A DNA stretch of 59,090 bases, counting the filler, from Candidatus Omnitrophota bacterium (GTDB taxonomy: Bacteria > Omnitrophota > Gorgyraeia > JAGLLT01), in the NCBI GenBank assembly GCA_023140385.1. It is 3 parts of 3 records of this genome, joined end to end, with 100 filler letters (N's around TTAATTAATTAA, not from the genome) between each part and the next. Parts side by side here need not be neighbours in the genome. Positions count along the whole stretch, not along the records: positions 1 to 24,585 come from JAGLLT010000052.1; positions 24,686 to 52,822 come from JAGLLT010000006.1; 1 more part is not named here. One strand, written 5' to 3'. Numbering within the stretch: the first letter of the stretch is position 1; the number at the start of each line of letters is the position of its first letter. The notes under the pieces were generated by a model, which did no database searches, was not told the origin of the DNA, and was given only the letters and a program-made list of their open reading frames with translations. A program made the translations under genes and the position numbers. This document shows positions 17,204 to 26,220 of the stretch, in pieces.

Positions 17204-20094
17204 TATAATTCCCCTTTTTCGATCTCCCTCTCTTTAAGTTCCCTTACGGCTCCGGCACATCTGAGGCACAGCTCTTTATGAGTTTCGTCCTGTCCCACAC
17301 TATCAACGTAGCGCCAGCAGCGCGGACACCTGGAAGCGCTTGATTTTTCCACTAAAACCGCCGCGCCTGCCACCTCCGGAGAAGATACACCGTCTTGCGG
17401 CAATTTATCAACCTTTTTAATGTAAACTTTTGAAACAATAAAGATATCGGCCAACTCTTTTATGAAAGAGTTAAGAAACTCAAACCTCTCCCGGCTAGCG
17501 GCATAGAGAATAACTTCAGCTTCCAGGGCGTTACCGATAACTTTATCACCGCGCTTGAGTTCCAGAGATTTCAAAACCAGCTCACGGACATTAAGCAGCT
17601 CCCGCCACCTACCCCTTATTTCTTCGTTTCTCCATCTCGCCTCAACCCCGCCGGCGTCAATTCTGCTTAAAAAGACGCTCTCTTCTTTCGTCTCGCCCGG
17701 CAGGTACGACCAAATTTCCTCCGCGCTAAAGCTGAGTATGGGAGCGATAAGTTTGACGAGTAATGCTGATATGCTCCATAAAACCGTCTGCGCGGAACGC
17801 CTGCCTGCTGATTTTTTGCCCCAGGTATACAATCTATCTTTAAGTACGTCAAGGTAAAATGAGGACATATCCACAGTGCAAAAGTTATAAATTCTCTGGG
17901 CGGCCTTATGAAACTGAAATGATTCGTAAAATTCCAGGCATTCATCATAAAGCCTTTTAGCGGTATCAAGCGCCCACTTGTCTATTTCAAATAATTCATC
18001 ATACTCTACCTTATCTCTATCAACTTCAAAATCGTAAATATTGCCCAGGGTAAATCTTATCGTGTTTCTTATTTTGCGGTAAGCGTCGGTCACCCTGGCC
18101 AGTATTTCTTCCGAAAGATTCACATCGTTATTATAATCGCTTGAAGCCGCCCAAAGCCTTAAAATATCCACCCCCAGCTTTTTTATCAAATCGTCAGGCG
18201 ACATAGCATTGCCCAGAGATTTGGACATTTTTTTGCCTTCGCCGTCAACGATAAATCCGTGAGTTAAAACTTTTTTATAAGGCGTCCCGCCTTCAATAGC
18301 CATAGCTGTCAATAAAGATGTTTGAAACCATCCTCTGTGCTGGTCACTGCCTTCTAAATAGAGGTCGGCCGGATAGCTAAGGCCTTCTCTTTGCCTTAAA
18401 ACAGCCTGATGGCTGACGCCGGAATCAAACCAGACGTCCAGAATATCATACTCCTTTACGAAGTTGCTGTGAGAACATCCGGGGCATTTTGTACCGGCCG
18501 GCAGAAGCTCCTCCGCCTCCTTCTCAAACCAAACTCCCAAACTCTCCGCCCTAACTATTTCAACCAGATAATCTATAGCCTGCGGGTCAAGTAAAGGCCT
18601 GCGGCAGTCCCGGCAGTAAAATACGGGGATAGGCACACCCCAGTACCTCTGCCGCGAAAGGCACCAATCGGGCCTGTTTTCAACCATTGACAAAATTCTT
18701 GCCTTACTGCCCGGGGGCAGCCATTCTACCTTATTAGAAATTTCATTAACTGCCTTTTCTCTGAGGCCCTGATGGTCAATCTTCATAAACCACTGTTCTG
18801 TGGCCCTAAAGATAATCGGCTTTTTGCATCTCCAACAGTGCGGGTAGGAGTGAACTATATCTTCTTTTAACAACAGCCTTCCTACCTCTTTCAGTCTTCT
18901 GATTATTGCCTCATTTCCGGCTGTTACATTCATACCGGAAAATTCACCCACACTGCCGTCAAAAACTCCCCTGCCGTCAACCGGCATAATAAACTCTAAA
19001 TCTTTATAATCCCTTTTATGCTTAAGCCACGTCTCATAGTCATCCTGGCCGTGGCCGGGAGCCAAATGAACACAGCCGGTTCCTTCTTCACCCGAAACAT
19101 ACTCTGCCGGTAAAATAACTGACTGGCGGCTAAAAAGGGGGTGTTCACATCTCAGGCCCGCGAAGGCACTGCCGCTATTAACCTCTTTTACCTTTTGATA
19201 GTCTTCCATCTTTAATTTCTTGGATAAAGCCGGAAGAAGAGCGTCGGCCAAAATCCAGAGCTCATTATTAACCATCACAAGACTATACTTTAAAGCGGGA
19301 CTTAAGGCTATACCAATGTTGGCCAGCAATGTCCAGGGAGTCGTCGTCCAGACAATAAAATAAATCTCTTTGCTTCCGACCGCCTCAATGCCCGAAAGTC
19401 CGGCTTTTTCAGCCAGTTGTTTTTTATCTTCGGGGGCAAGTTTAAACTTAACAAATATAGACGGGCTCGTGCGTTCATCGTATTCAACTTCGGCCTCCGC
19501 CAAAGCTGTTTCACAGTGATAACACCAGTTAACCGGCTTTCTGCCCTTGTAAATAAAATCCTTTTTCACCAGCTCTGAAAAGGACTTGATAATTTGCGCT
19601 TCGTAGTTATTGTTTAGTGTCAGATATGGATTATCCCAGTCGGCAAATATACCCAGTCTTTCAAATTCTTTTTTTTGAATGTTGACGTGTTTTAAGGCGT
19701 ATTTTCTGGCCTTCTTTCTAAACACTCCGCGGGATATTTCATCCTTTGTCATACCCAGCTCTTTAAAAAGCTGATGCTCAACCGGAAGCCCGTGGCAGTC
19801 CCAACCCGGTATATAGGGACAGCTATAACCGCGCATTGTTTTGTATTTCAAGATAATATCCTTCAGAACCTTATTTAGCACATGTCCCATATGAATATGC
19901 CCATTGGCATAAGGAGGGCCGTCATGGAGAACATATCTGGGCCTGTCGCCGGATGACGTCAGGATGGCTTTGTAAATATCCATTTCTTGCCAACGCTTCA
20001 AAATCTCAGGCTCCCTTTGAGGTAAATTGGCTCTCATAGGCAGTTGAGTCTGGGGCAGATTCAAGGTATCTTTGTAGTTAGGTTTTTTTTCCAT
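17203..20094 (-). CDS. ileS: Isoleucyl-tRNA synthetase (type 1)
   Basis: HDGPPYANG, HMGH, KMSKS, C-terminal CPRCWR. Confidence 0.97.
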   Translation of the reverse strand: MEKKPNYKDTLNLPQTQLPMRANLPQREPEILKRWQEMDIYKAILTSSGDRPRYVLHDGPPYANGHIHMGHVLNKVLKDIILKYKTMRGYSCPYIPGWDCHGLPVEHQLFKELGMTKDEISRGVFRKKARKYALKHVNIQKKEFERLGIFADWDNPYLTLNNNYEAQIIKSFSELVKKDFIYKGRKPVNWCYHCETALAEAEVEYDERTSPSIFVKFKLAPEDKKQLAEKAGLSGIEAVGSKEIYFIVWTTTPWTLLANIGIALSPALKYSLVMVNNELWILADALLPALSKKLKMEDYQKVKEVNSGSAFAGLRCEHPLFSRQSVILPAEYVSGEEGTGCVHLAPGHGQDDYETWLKHKRDYKDLEFIMPVDGRGVFDGSVGEFSGMNVTAGNEAIIRRLKEVGRLLLKEDIVHSYPHCWRCKKPIIFRATEQWFMKIDHQGLREKAVNEISNKVEWLPPGSKARILSMVENRPDWCLSRQRYWGVPIPVFYCRDCRRPLLDPQAIDYLVEIVRAESLGVWFEKEAEELLPAGTKCPGCSHSNFVKEYDILDVWFDSGVSHQAVLRQREGLSYPADLYLEGSDQHRGWFQTSLLTAMAIEGGTPYKKVLTHGFIVDGEGKKMSKSLGNAMSPDDLIKKLGVDILRLWAASSDYNNDVNLSEEILARVTDAYRKIRNTIRFTLGNIYDFEVDRDKVEYDELFEIDKWALDTAKRLYDECLEFYESFQFHKAAQRIYNFCTVDMSSFYLDVLKDRLYTWGKKSAGRRSAQTVLWSISALLVKLIAPILSFSAEEIWSYLPGETKEESVFLSRIDAGGVEARWRNEEIRGRWRELLNVRELVLKSLELKRGDKVIGNALEAEVILYAASRERFEFLNSFIKELADIFIVSKVYIKKVDKLPQDGVSSPEVAGAAVLVEKSSASRCPRCWRYVDSVGQDETHKELCLRCAGAVRELKEREIEKGEL

Positions 20095-20096
20095 TC

Positions 20097-20906
20097 TTAC
20101 TTTGACAGCTTCTTTGAGCGCTTTACAGCCGCCTTTATTCCCTCTTTTAAAATCTTATCTAACTTAGAGCTTTCATAAACCTTTAGAGCGGCCTCTGTCG
20201 TTCCGCCTTTTGAGGCAACCATTTTTATGAGCTTATCAAAGTCCATATTCTTTTCAGATAGAAGAAAAACAGTTGATAAAACCGTCTCAAAAATAAGCCG
20301 CCGCGCCTTTTTTTTACTCAGGCCTTCCTCTAAAGCGGCGGCCGCCAGAGCCTTGCATATATAAGCTATATAAGCCGGCCCACTGCCGGACAACGCCGTT
20401 ACCGCGTCCATCTGCTTCTCGCTGACCTCCTCGACTTTACCAACAGCACAAAATATAGCTCTTACCGCCTTCTTTGCTTTTATATCTACTCCTCCTCCAA
20501 AACATACGGCGGTCACACTTTTCTCTTTTAGACAGCCAATATTAGGCATTGCTCTTACTACAGAGGTTTTCAGAAGGTATTTTTTTATATGTTTTGTCGT
20601 AATTCCGGCCGCTATCGATATAATCAGCTTCCCGTAGCCGGGCAACTCTTTGATTTCAGCTAAAACGGCATCAATATCCTGCGGCTTAACCGACAAAACC
20701 ACAATATCACACCGCTCAAGAAGCTCTTTATTGTCCTGGACCTGCCCAACTTTTAAAAGTCCCGCCTTCTTCAACCTTTTCCTCTTATCCTTCTCGCTTA
20801 TATAAACATCCCCGGCCCTAACCGCCCCCGAGCCAATAAGCCCTCCAATGATAGCAGTCGCCATATTCCCGGCGCCAATAAAGCCTATCTTCTTATTTTT
20901 AAGCAT
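20097..20906 (-). CDS. proC: Pyrroline-5-carboxylate reductase
   Basis: GFIGAGNM, RAMPN, SGSGPAY, SKGGTT. Confidence 0.95.
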   Translation of the reverse strand: MLKNKKIGFIGAGNMATAIIGGLIGSGAVRAGDVYISEKDKRKRLKKAGLLKVGQVQDNKELLERCDIVVLSVKPQDIDAVLAEIKELPGYGKLIISIAAGITTKHIKKYLLKTSVVRAMPNIGCLKEKSVTAVCFGGGVDIKAKKAVRAIFCAVGKVEEVSEKQMDAVTALSGSGPAYIAYICKALAAAALEEGLSKKKARRLIFETVLSTVFLLSEKNMDFDKLIKMVASKGGTTEAALKVYESSKLDKILKEGIKAAVKRSKKLSK

Positions 20907-21041
20907 AATATCCTTCTTATTAAGTCAGAATTTACCCCCGTTAGCCTATCACAAAAAAGCACATCCTGTCAATTAAAATTTGGAGTTAGTAGGGTCATGG
21001 TAGGATTACAATAAGGAACAAGAGCTATTTTAGTTACTGCT

Positions 21042-21518
21042 TTAATGAGATTTCACTTTTTTAAGAAGCTTAACAAATCTTTGCGCGCCGCGCCGGCAAT
21101 TATCTTCGCATCTTTTATCAACCTTGCCAACAGCCACAGCCCCATAGTGGTCTCCCTGAAAATCCCCCTGGATAATCATTCCGTGAATTAACATAGCCTG
21201 CAAGATACTCAAGATGGTGGTTTCGTTTCCACCGGCTAAGTTTGCCGCGGAGGAAAAAGCGGCTCCAATTATCCCGTCCAACTCACCATGAAAAGCTACA
21301 CTTTTGTCTAATAATTCTTTTATCTGCGCGGCCATGGTTCCGTAATACGTGGGAGAACCAATAATGATACCATCGTATTCCAGTAATTGACTGGCCTCTA
21401 TTTCGGACACGGAAGAAATATCAGCATCCGCGCCGCTTTTTTTTATCTCGTCAGCAATTACCTCAGCCATCCTCTTAGTTGTCCCGCCCCGGGAATAATA
21501 AATAACCGCTACTTTCAT
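21042..21518 (-). CDS. WrbA-like flavodoxin / NAD(P)H:quinone oxidoreductase (start likely MKVAVIYYS at 21518; ORF extends to 21605)
   Basis: YYSRGGTT, GSPTYYG, GGNETT; SD GGGGG before ATG. Confidence 0.85.
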   Translation of the reverse strand: MKVAVIYYSRGGTTKRMAEVIADEIKKSGADADISSVSEIEASQLLEYDGIIIGSPTYYGTMAAQIKELLDKSVAFHGELDGIIGAAFSSAANLAGGNETTILSILQAMLIHGMIIQGDFQGDHYGAVAVGKVDKRCEDNCRRGAQRFVKLLKKVKSH

Positions 21519-21626
21519 TTTCGCATCCCCCTGTAATTTACGCGAAAAACATTGCTTTAACGCAATCTCTCCACATTTATCTTCAAACTCTACACCTTTT
21601 GCCATCCTAACTCAGTTCAGAGGAAT

Positions 21627-23723
21627 CTACTGTTCAAGTGAATAATAGTAGCTGACCGCTTTATTTTCACTGTAAACTGATTTGGACGCGCTGGCTTTCA
21701 ACTCTTTAATCCCATCAATGATAGGATGAACGGCTTCATCTATATACAACTTTATAACTTCGAATTGTTTTTTATTTGCTTTTTTTTGGTCTTTAAGTCT
21801 GGCAAATTCTACTTCAGCTTTTTTTAGCTCTTCTTCAATCTTTTTCAATTCTTCATTTTTCGCCTTCAATTTTTTACCTAAAGCCGCGATCTCTTCCCGC
21901 TCAGGGCTCGCGCTTTCATCATTATTTAAATCTTTCATTTTTCTATATAGACTATCAGCTTTCTTATCAAGATCGGCCGCTTCCCGCCTTATATCTCTCA
22001 CATCTTTTTTAAACTTTTCAATACCGGCTTCAGCTTGACTTACCTTCCCTTCAAAAGCGGCACTGCTTGTAAATTTTGCCATATCGTAACCTTTATCTAC
22101 TAAGGTATCTACCTTATTTAAAACGGCAGTAAATTGGATAAAAGATATACCATTGCTTTCATCCTTAAAATTGACACCCATCTTATTCAAATCCTTATTA
22201 GCCAAAATAGATTTGGATTTATCCGCGGATATCTCCATGCTTTTTTCAATAAGCTTATAATTATTTGAAATTATTAAATAATCTTTAAAGAACGCGTATC
22301 CCGGCTGGAGGTTAGCGCCAAAAGGCAGCGCCACGTATTCAATTTTAGTGCCCTTGACCGTCTTAGTGCTCAAATCAATATTGAAATCTTTTAATAACGC
22401 CTTAATGAACTCTTCCATTTTGGCTTTATCCTTTATGCCGCATAAAACCGTGACTTCCGGTAAAGGAACCAACCCTTCCGCGTCAAAGTCATTTATTATA
22501 ATAGCCATATCACTGCCCAGGGCCGGAAACAGTTGATTTTCTATATCTATGCCCACCTTCTCTTCAAATTGATTTATTAATTCATCTATGGCCGCTTTTT
22601 GCTGATCTTTCTCTATATCTTTTCCTATTTGAGTGAATGCCTGATTTTCCCCTATCTGCTCTTTAAGCCCCTGCCAGTATTGCTCGAAATTTAATGTAAA
22701 CCAAAAAAACGCCAGGCAATTTTTGGGGACTAAATTTAAAGCCTTGCTTACGACAGGCCTTTGAGCAAAAATACTCTTATGTATAATATTTAACTTATTA
22801 TTATCAAATAAGACAACCGATTTTGCCTCATTAACTTTTCCAATAGTAGAAGCATCACCATACGATTTTAACCCTTGCATTGATTTGCTCATCTGTTGTT
22901 TAAGCGCGGAAGAAAATTCAGGCCTGTCGCTATCTAAATCGTTTGTAGAGCAAAAGTTTACCAAGGCCATAACATCATATATAAAATCAACATAACCTTT
23001 GTAGTCCATATACGTGTAAGTGTCGGCGCCGGAAGGCAAATTATCCATAGTCTCTTTGTAAATAGCTTCCTGAGCAAGCGAACTTTTCTCCCCTTTCGCG
23101 ACCTTTATACATTCCTGAACTGTATTTTTATCTAAGGCAAGAATCATCAAATTCTCAATTTCCGCGAAAAAAAGACTGATTTCGTCGGTAATTACAATTG
23201 TCGTAACTTTGTGCTCGAGAAATTTATCGCTTTCTATCACTATTTCTTCACCAATGCCTTTAAAAATTCCTGTAAATAAATTAACTACTTTTGCTCCACT
23301 CTTAATCCGCGTCACCAGGACAATAGATGATTTCAACCGCTCCCAACCGTCAGCCTGCTCAATGGTTGCCCTTGGCGGATACACCGCTAACAGAATCTCT
23401 TTGCCAAAATAATCATCCAGGAGAAGCTCTACCAACAAACTTTCACTCATATCTTTATATTTTCTGTACTCTTTTATCACATCCTCAGGCACATCACTTT
23501 CTTTTAAAAGATGTTCGATGTCTATGCCCTCTAAATTCTTCCACAATTTTGACGATGCAAAATAGTTTATTATTTTATCGGCATTTTTTAAATGTACATA
23601 ACAAACAGGTTTTTGAGGTAAAATTTCCACTATATTCTTTTTAGATGTTTCAACATACCAAAAATAAGTAATGGCGCTTAAGGTTAAAACAATCAATATC
23701 ACAATTAGAAAAATCTTTTTCAT
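21627..23723 (-). CDS. Exported/membrane-anchored DUF3352-like protein with a long C-terminal coiled coil
   Basis: MKK + hydrophobic helix (SD GGGAGG), two duplicated alpha/beta units, ~90 aa charged heptad region. Confidence 0.6.
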   Translation of the reverse strand: MKKIFLIVILIVLTLSAITYFWYVETSKKNIVEILPQKPVCYVHLKNADKIINYFASSKLWKNLEGIDIEHLLKESDVPEDVIKEYRKYKDMSESLLVELLLDDYFGKEILLAVYPPRATIEQADGWERLKSSIVLVTRIKSGAKVVNLFTGIFKGIGEEIVIESDKFLEHKVTTIVITDEISLFFAEIENLMILALDKNTVQECIKVAKGEKSSLAQEAIYKETMDNLPSGADTYTYMDYKGYVDFIYDVMALVNFCSTNDLDSDRPEFSSALKQQMSKSMQGLKSYGDASTIGKVNEAKSVVLFDNNKLNIIHKSIFAQRPVVSKALNLVPKNCLAFFWFTLNFEQYWQGLKEQIGENQAFTQIGKDIEKDQQKAAIDELINQFEEKVGIDIENQLFPALGSDMAIIINDFDAEGLVPLPEVTVLCGIKDKAKMEEFIKALLKDFNIDLSTKTVKGTKIEYVALPFGANLQPGYAFFKDYLIISNNYKLIEKSMEISADKSKSILANKDLNKMGVNFKDESNGISFIQFTAVLNKVDTLVDKGYDMAKFTSSAAFEGKVSQAEAGIEKFKKDVRDIRREAADLDKKADSLYRKMKDLNNDESASPEREEIAALGKKLKAKNEELKKIEEELKKAEVEFARLKDQKKANKKQFEVIKLYIDEAVHPIIDGIKELKASASKSVYSENKAVSYYYSLEQ

Positions 23724-23872
23724 TTCTACCTCCCGCGTAAAAATTAAAATACAAAACTTAATACAAAAAAACAAGCTATATTATAATATTACATATATAC
23801 TATTTTTACAAGCAAATTAATATATGGTGGGGGGAAGGAAATAACCAGTTCACCGGTTGGCGGGTTGGCGGG

Positions 23873-24193
23873 TTATAAATAATTAAATATCCGTTTTATC
23901 GGGGTACGTAGGGGAGGGCCTTGCGTCCTCCCGTAAATTTGTCCGATTTTTGATAATTCTATTTTGTTTTTATAACGGGCATCCGTTTGTAGGGACAACC
24001 CTTGTGATTGTCCATTATTTGACATTTTATAATTTTTATAACGGGAGGACGCAAGGCCCTCCCCTACGTTTTTATTGTATTTACCGAATATAATTTCTCT
24101 ATTTCTCGAACCGATGGTTATAAAATAATACCCATTATTCGCGTAATCATAATTTTTTAATCGGATTTGTTTTCTGGACATTAATTTTTGCAT
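23873..24193 (-). pseudogene. Truncated REP-associated tyrosine transposase (RAYT) N-terminal fragment, integron-cassette-like
   Basis: RKQIRLKNYDY..GYYFITI RAYT N-terminus; HUH and catalytic Tyr regions missing; contains GTAG REPs. Confidence 0.8.
23906..24069. repeat. GTAG-type REP inverted pair (29 bp perfect arms) enclosing a third REP
   Basis: acgtaggggagggccttgcgtcctcccgt (23906-23934) and its reverse complement (24041-24069); gtagggacaacccttgtgattgtcc at 23989-24013. Confidence 0.9.
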
Positions 24194-24202
24194 TTTATTT
24201 GT

Positions 24203-24263
24203 CTATAACGACTGATTTCACCTGCCCCGACGCTTCGGGGTCAGGTGGAATGATTTGTTAGCT
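24203..24263 (-). mobile_element. Integron attC site (61 bp)
   Basis: Minus strand: AGCTAAC-N5-ATTCCACC TGACCCCGA AGCG TCGGGGCA GGTGAAA-N6-GTTATAG, with extra C and A (extrahelical G and T on the bottom strand). Confidence 0.85.
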
Positions 24264-24585
24264 TTTTCTGTTTCTTAAAATCTCTCAAACCTCGCACTGA
24301 TGCAACATCATTTAAGACAGTGTCTTGCCACCCTGATTTGACATCTTTCCTTGAATCGAACCTTTGTATGTATGGTTTGATGTCAAGCAAAGGTGTGCCA
24401 TCTAATATATCAAGATCTCTGACATAAAGAATATTATCTTCAATTCTATCCAACCGCACAAGACTCATCCCTAATTTATTGGGACGGTGTGGAGCGCGTG
24501 TAGCAAAAATACCATGTTCACGATCTGACAGATACGGCTTTAAACGTAAACACGTTTTCCGTGAATGATCGAAATAATAGAACAA
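24241..24585 (-). CDS. tsaA: TrmO/TsaA tRNA m6t6A37 methyltransferase family, 5' truncated by the gap
   Basis: GIFATRAPHRPNKLGMS, LDILDGTPLLDIKPY. Confidence 0.85.
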   Translation of the reverse strand: MFYYFDHSRKTCLRLKPYLSDREHGIFATRAPHRPNKLGMSLVRLDRIEDNILYVRDLDILDGTPLLDIKPYIQRFDSRKDVKSGWQDTVLNDVASVRGLRDFKKQKKLTNHST

Positions 24586-24685
24586 NNNNNNNNNNNNNNN
24601 NNNNNNNNNNNNNNNNNNNNNNNNNNNNNTTAATTAATTAANNNNNNNNNNNNNNNNNNNNNNNNNNNNNNNNNNNNNNNNNNNN
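24586..24685. other. Assembly gap with artificial TTAATTAATTAA stop linker
   Basis: N44-TTAATTAATTAA-N44. Confidence 0.97.
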
Positions 24686-25018
24686 ATCGACTACCCATTC
24701 GGCTAATTCTGACATTGTAGCTTTCTGAGCACCTTCAAAATAAGGCTGATTTTTGTAAATTCCACACCGCGCCATACATGTTCCACACACTTTGACTGAT
24801 ACGCCCTTGGCAATTAAATCTTTTAATATTTGCGATAAATCTTGATCATATCCTTCTGGTGGATTACACACTTCACGTGCCATATCAACAGAATCATTCA
24901 TCAAGAATATTCTTACTTCTTGTTCCGTCTCCAGCAATTTTCCCGCAAGACGCAATCCATTCCATGTGACATCCGTGTTATCATAAGGTTGACGGTTGAA
25001 GATAATTAGTATTTTCAT
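24686..25018 (-). CDS. DsrE/DsrF-like (YchN-type) protein, 3' end lost in the gap
   Basis: PY....WNGLRLA, IFLMNDSV, VCGTCMARCG. Confidence 0.85.
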
Positions 25019-25037
25019 TATTTCCCCTTTTATTTAT

Positions 25038-25102
25038 AGCTAACGTTGGCATCAGCGGCGTTTTCGCGCGGTGAAAATGTTCGCTGGATGAAATAGTTAT
25101 AG
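25038..25102 (-). mobile_element. Integron attC site (65 bp)
   Basis: Minus strand: CTATAAC-N5-CATCCAGC...GCTGATG-N5-GTTAGCT; L'' has the extra C; the RAYT stop codon TAA lies in R''. Confidence 0.85.
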
Positions 25103-25624
25103 GTTTATTAAATTATCAATATCCTGTTCCCAATTAACCGGGTTATTGGCGATATATTCACGAATCGCGTCCAATGATCTGTCATTTCGTATAATATGGT
25201 CATGATAATTGCGCTGCCATATTTTTTTGCCTGGTGTATTTTGCGATTCGTTTATTTGTTTTGTTGTTTGATATTTGAAATACGCAATAATATTGCCTAT
25301 TGTAGGGGCGGGGTCATCCCGCCCGATTATTTTATTATTATCCGGGCGGGATGACCCCGCCCCTACAATATTTATTATTCCATGGATATGATTGGGCATT
25401 ATTGCATATTCATCAATTAATGCATGGCCATATTTTTCAAATATTTTTTGCCACCATAAATCAATCATATTTCCCACGGCATTTAATATCATTTGATCAT
25501 TTTTAATTGTGCCGAATAATTGTTGCCGATTTTCTGTGCAAATCGTTATGAAATATTGCGCCGGCGTTGAATAATTATGTTGGGGAATTCGATTTGTATT
25601 TCGGCGGGTATATGTTTTTGGCAT
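25097..25624 (-). CDS. REP-associated tyrosine transposase (RAYT, Y1 HUH family), apparently intact, in an integron cassette
   Basis: YFITICT, MPNHIH (HUH), WQRNYHDHIIR, YIANNP. Confidence 0.9.
   Translation of the reverse strand: MPKTYTRRNTNRIPQHNYSTPAQYFITICTENRQQLFGTIKNDQMILNAVGNMIDLWWQKIFEKYGHALIDEYAIMPNHIHGIINIVGAGSSRPDNNKIIGRDDPAPTIGNIIAYFKYQTTKQINESQNTPGKKIWQRNYHDHIIRNDRSLDAIREYIANNPVNWEQDIDNLINL
25298..25370. repeat. In-frame REP doublet (28 bp perfect inverted arms, 17 bp spacer) inside the RAYT gene
   Basis: tattgtaggggcggggtcatcccgcccg ... cgggcgggatgaccccgcccctacaata. Confidence 0.92.
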
Positions 25625-25766
25625 TTTGTTTGATTTTATTATTTATTTTACCTAACATTTAACATGCAGAATACGTATTTTTTGGGTATTTAATAGCGTG
25701 TACATATAATACATCGCAAATGTACTATCTTCAAGCTTATTGCCTATGGTCATATTATTTGAGTTG

Positions 25767-26168
25767 TTAGTCTAATTTTTTGCCGGCATCAACGCCCGGT
25801 TTTATGGTGTAGATTTCTTTTAATTTAATCTCTACTACACCTTTGGGAATCGTTTCGGGTTTTTTTGTTTGTATGAATTTTTTGCCTTCTTCGTAAATTT
25901 CCCCTTTTGTATAGTAAGCGGCTTCTCCTTTAATCTTATATGCCTCTCCCGTTTCCGAATTCCAGAAAGAGATGCAAACGTTGCTGTTTTCCAGGAGGTT
26001 TTCTTTGCTCATCTTCATATAATTATCCACCAATATAATTGTTTCATCACCAACAATCTTTTTCCAAAATACAGGAACGACATTTGGATTTCCCTGCTTG
26101 TCTGCTGTGCCAAAAGTAATTAAAGGCTCTTTCTCGAACAAATCCTTCACTTTACCTGAAATTATCAT
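25767..26168 (-). CDS. Pyridoxamine 5'-phosphate oxidase-like FMN-binding protein
   Basis: GTADKQGNPNVVP, DNYMKMSKENLLEN, YKIKG, IYTIKPG. Confidence 0.85.
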   Translation of the reverse strand: MIISGKVKDLFEKEPLITFGTADKQGNPNVVPVFWKKIVGDETIILVDNYMKMSKENLLENSNVCISFWNSETGEAYKIKGEAAYYTKGEIYEEGKKFIQTKKPETIPKGVVEIKLKEIYTIKPGVDAGKKLD

Positions 26169-26220
26169 ATTAAACTCCCTTTCTATTAAATTTTAAAACT
26201 TTAAACAACGTCCCCTAAAC

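Noticed and set aside
24586..24685. TTAATTAATTAA palindrome within Ns (also 52823-52922)
   Set aside because: Artificial scaffold linker with stops in all frames. It creates the false DsrE end and the false tsaA and hydrolase starts, and adjacency across it is unproven
25097..25624. IS200/IS605 insertion sequence
   Set aside because: No tnpB or IS-type subterminal hairpins seen; motifs and GTAG repeats fit a RAYT, and the boundaries are att-like
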